Positions 63,621 to 64,000 of a stretch of DNA of 64,000 nt are shown piece by piece. Each line of letters begins with the position of its first letter. Position 1 is the stretch's first letter. The DNA comes from Gemmatimonadota bacterium. GTDB lineage: Bacteria; Gemmatimonadota; Gemmatimonadetes; Gemmatimonadales; GWC2-71-9. Position numbers and translations under genes: made by a program. The notes beneath the pieces are model-generated. The model searched no databases. It was not told the DNA's origin and saw only the letters and a list, made by a program, of their open reading frames with translations. The DNA is taken from contig JACQVB010000022.1 in NCBI GenBank assembly GCA_016209985.1, forward strand, positions 1,664 through 65,663, read 5' to 3'.

Positions 63621-63647
63621 TGATCCAGGCACTCCATCAAGGCGACC

Positions 63648-64000
63648 ATGACCGCACCAAATCAGCGCGAACGCATCCTTCCCCGCCTGATCGAAGACGA
63701 AATGAAGGAGTCGTTCATCGACTACTCGATGAGCGTGATCGTGTCGCGTGCGCTGCCCGATGTACGGGACGGCTTGAAGCCGGTGCACCGGCGCATCCTC
63801 TTCGCCATGAACGAGCTCGGCCTGGTGCCGGGCCGCGGGTACAAGAAATCGGCCACGGTCGTGGGCGACGTGCTCGGCAAGTATCACCCGCACGGCGATA
63901 TGGCGGTCTACGACGCGCTGGTGCGCATGGTGCAGGACTTCTCGCTCCGCTACCCGCTGGTGGATGGGCAGGGGAATTTCGGATCGGTGGATGGAGACGG
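63648..64000 (+). CDS. gyrA: DNA gyrase subunit A, 3' end outside window
   Basis: [54 protein letters not shown]...YHPHGD. The frame is open to the window end, so it is absent from the ORF track. Confidence 0.95.
   Translation, partial: MTAPNQRERILPRLIEDEMKESFIDYSMSVIVSRALPDVRDGLKPVHRRILFAMNELGLVPGRGYKKSATVVGDVLGKYHPHGDMAVYDALVRMVQDFSLRYPLVDGQGNFGSVDGD

Noticed and set aside
63573-63893. 106-aa ORF on the minus strand.
   Set aside because: It is antisense to the unmistakable gyrA N-terminus (..YHPHGD..), which is missing from the ORF track only because it has no stop within the window.

Overview
High-GC bacterial chromosomal segment. Phylum cannot be established from sequence alone; the gene content is loosely Gemmatimonadota/Acidobacteriota-like. 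Most of the window is ordinary core genome. It carries glycogen metabolism (glgA, alpha-glucan phosphorylase, pfk), a same-strand cluster of PAS histidine kinases, NarL-type response regulators and a MerR regulator (5.1-14.4 kb), NDH-2 and a large Ser/Thr kinase. Further on are kup, a DUF1501/DUF1800 pair, an ABC exporter, an EF-G paralogue, folA-thyA, a squalene/phytoene-synthase-like gene, a thiolase-SPFH-hbd operon, an IPMDH-family gene, dCMP deaminase, RNase H, selD, an amidohydrolase, a Big_2/TolB-like protein, an ADH and the start of gyrA. Five things stand out. (1) A visibly more AT-rich, decayed accessory/defence island lies at about 19.5-28.5 kb. It holds four truncated genes (tgt, ECF sigma, hsdR, a membrane protein), a solo HipA-family kinase with a ~210-aa N-terminal extension and no hipB, and a fic-hsdM-hsdS operon that lacks a functional hsdR but ends in an uncharacterised 380-aa gene. 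(2) A tightly overlapping four-gene operon (two Ddl-like ATP-grasp ligases, a small GNAT, a KamA-family lysine 2,3-aminomutase) suggests an undescribed beta-lysine-derived product. (3) selD contains an in-frame TGA exactly at the catalytic Cys/Sec position, followed by a hairpin, so ORF callers truncate it. (4) A recurrent class of intergenic hairpins and arrays is built from tandem 7-8 nt units whose sequence differs between loci. (5) Two genes appear to start at CTG within CTGA stop/start overlaps. No rRNA, tRNA, CRISPR array, integrase or transposase was recognised.
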